A stretch of DNA of 40,711 nucleotides, taken from Streblomastix strix (taxonomy: Eukaryota). The stretch's first letter is position 1, and each line of letters opens with the position of its first letter. A program made the translations under genes and the position numbers. Positions 38,395 through 40,711 of this stretch are shown here, in pieces. The notes beneath the pieces were generated by a model. The model made no database searches, was not told the origin of the DNA, and worked only from the letters and a program-made list of their open reading frames with translations. The stretch spans positions 1 to 40,711 of the forward strand of contig SNRW01000021.1 in assembly GCA_008636045.1 (NCBI GenBank), in the 5' to 3' direction.

Positions 38395-38695
38395 GTTTCT
38401 AATCTTTGTACCTCTTCGATGCGGAATTATCTGACAAATTTTGATATATAGATTCATCAACATTTTCTTATATCTAGATATGTATTCATGTATCAACGCA
38501 TGATTTTGATATGAGTTTCACACACACATGAGTTTTTCCCCTTAATCTTTTTTATTTCTTATTATTAGAGCTTAAATGTTCAGATTTCAATAAAAATTTC
38601 CTATCATTCGCACATATTCGTATTTTTTATCCGTATGAATATTTAATACTGATTTAGTCAGTTATTTTTTATTCAATTGTTTGTTATCAATTAAA

Positions 38696-40227
38696 ATGAA
38701 CTAAAATCAAAATCATTTACTCAGCGAAGAAGTAGATAAAAGCTCATACAAAATAATCTGGTTTATTTTGTTTAAGATATTTTTTTACATTTTAATTTCG
38801 GTTTTATTTGATTTAAATCAACCAAACATATATATAATTATCAAAATTTAATCATATTTTAACACATTGACAGATGATAATTATGTTGCAAAAATAAACA
38901 CATTTTTTTCATGATTTTTAGGTTTAAATTGACATTATTTTTTCAAAAATTTGCTAATAATTATCTGAGAAACCCAATTAAAATTTTTCATTGAATCTTT
39001 ACAATAATATCCAGGTTATTTTTTGTCTTTAATTCTTTTATGTATCAAATTCATTTATTTTTCAGGTTCAACTGAAGATCGTTATCAATTTTAATGTCGC
39101 TTGCTGCATCATTTAAGAACATTACATAAATACAAACACTTACAGATGATCAGGAAAAGAGTGTAGAGAGTTTGGTTGAAGAATACACACGTCGATTGAC
39201 AGCAGCGAATCTTTCAACTCTTCGGGAGAACTCACTAGCCCTTACATCTGCATGTTAATTGATTGCACTTGGAGAGCTAGGTCTTTATACGGATGAAGAG
39301 TCGTTTTTCAAAAAGTCAACTATGGGTGATTTAGAAAGCTTCCGTCATCTTGTTAATCGTATTAGAGGTGCACTTGGATAAACAACCACACATAAGAATA
39401 ATGATGAAATAAGATCCCAATCTTTCTCACCTGAATAATCAGCTTCTATTCTTGCTGACTATGCCCAGGTTAAGAGAAGATCTGGAATGTCTCCATAAGG
39501 GAATAATAGAAACAATATTTCACCTCTCAGAATACCAACAACAAATACAACTGCATATTAGAGAATAATGGATGAGAAATAAAGATCTGATGAACAGAGA
39601 GCAAAGATGTAGGAAAGAGATTTAAGTCCAATTTGTGTTCATTTCTCACCAATTCATAAATCTAAAGATATGGTTGTTAAGAAAGATGAGATTATTGAAT
39701 AAATTGAGGAAAAGGATGATAATTAAACGATTGATAAATAAAGTCCTTAGAAAAGAAAAAGAAAATATGATGATGATATTATTGAAGATGATAATGATGA
39801 AAGTGAAGAAATATTGGATAATAACATTAAAGTTGATGGAAATAATTTTATTGATGATAAATAAAGAAAAAGAAAAAGATATGATGAATAACCAGATTAA
39901 ATAAATACTTAGCCAAATAATTCTATTTTATAGCAAAAACTATCTTAAATAAATAGTGCATAGAATGAAGAAAACAAATAACAACATAAAGATGGTAATA
40001 ATTAATTAAAATCATCCAATCATATTGATCCATCAAGAGGAAAAGTTAAAGCAAAAGGTAAAGCAAAAAAGACTTCTGCAGCTTCTGCTTCTCTCGCTAA
40101 GCGAAAATCAAAGGAATAAAAACAACAAAATACTCCTGTTTCGTCATAAGAAAGTAATGCATCTTAAGAATCATACTCGGAATGGCGTGCACGCATGCTG
40201 CAGCGATATAAGAAGAATCCTGATTGA
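38696..40227 (+). CDS. Hypothetical protein, multi-exon, low-complexity D/E/Q/N-rich C-terminal half
   Basis: Exons ~38696-38760, 38874-39014 and 39066-40227 are open with TAR=Gln; ends ...RYKKNPD*. Confidence 0.7.
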
Positions 40228-40614
40228 GGACATACTTTTTTTGTTGTACAGCTTTTTTATTCATTGTTTCCAATAAAACTTACAAATGTTTAATTTTTCT
40301 TAGAGTTTATTCAAGAATGTTTGATTGAAATAACAAGTCACATCGATTTCGTTTAATAAATTTGGATCCAAATACTCATTGTTTATATCCAAAATTTATA
40401 TGATATACTCTTTTATTCTTGCATTTACTAATTCAATCTTTGATTTGAACTTAGATTTCATTAGACACTGTAAGTGTTACCAGGAAATCAACAAAAAATA
40501 GCACATTTCCTCCTTAATCCATATACTAATTATATAAACTAACAAAAATTTATGTAAATATAATTGTATTCTATAATAATTGCTAATTTATTTTTATATT
40601 TCTTACTTGAAGAA

Positions 40615-40711
40615 ATGGATCGCAAAAAACCTGTTCCAAGTAAGATTCTGGAGCAAAAGCGATAGGAGTATGCACGAAAAGTTCATCTTGATCACTTGAA
40701 GGCATCTCGAA
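40615..40711 (+). CDS. 5' end of a possible CFAP97-domain (KIAA1430-like) protein
   Basis: MDRKKPVPSKILEQKRQEYARKVHLDHLKASR resembles the N-terminus of CFAP97D-type proteins; truncated by the window end. Confidence 0.45.

Noticed and set aside
314..40276. Most ORFs in the supplied track (e.g. 2441-2686, 3091-3387, 9449-9947, 33716-34153, 36852-37223, 37767-38264)
   Set aside because: They were computed with TAA/TAG as stops. They are antisense or off-frame shadows, or fragments of longer TAR=Gln genes.
40261..40523. Small minus-strand ORF between the last two genes
   Set aside because: Short, with no recognisable motif and an ambiguous frame and start.

Overview
AT-rich eukaryotic DNA that only reads sensibly if TAA/TAG encode Gln and TGA is the sole stop. 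It has short AT-rich spliceosomal introns. An oxymonad such as Streblomastix is my inference; ciliates and some other protists share this code. The supplied standard-code ORF track therefore misses almost every real gene. Positions 1 to ~20965 are a decayed endogenous Maverick/Polinton-like virus region. It holds two convergent protein-primed PolB copies (one with an internal HNH/zinc-finger module), an A32-like packaging ATPase, a probable major capsid protein, a pVI-like amphipathic protein, a fibre-like protein, a retroviral-type integrase and two tandem HNH endonucleases. One viral gene is split by a ~3.95 kb non-autonomous DNA transposon (2825-6775) with ~165 bp TIRs and an 8 bp TSD, carrying intron-containing host gene fragments (Pack-MULE-like). 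From ~21286 to the end are host genes: a P4-ATPase flippase whose catalytic DKTGT motif is built from a 9-nt microexon, an RBR E3 ligase, a SMYD methyltransferase, a SPATA4-like CH protein, a coiled-coil protein with 30-bp repeats, a PDI, a hypothetical gene and the start of a CFAP97-like gene.
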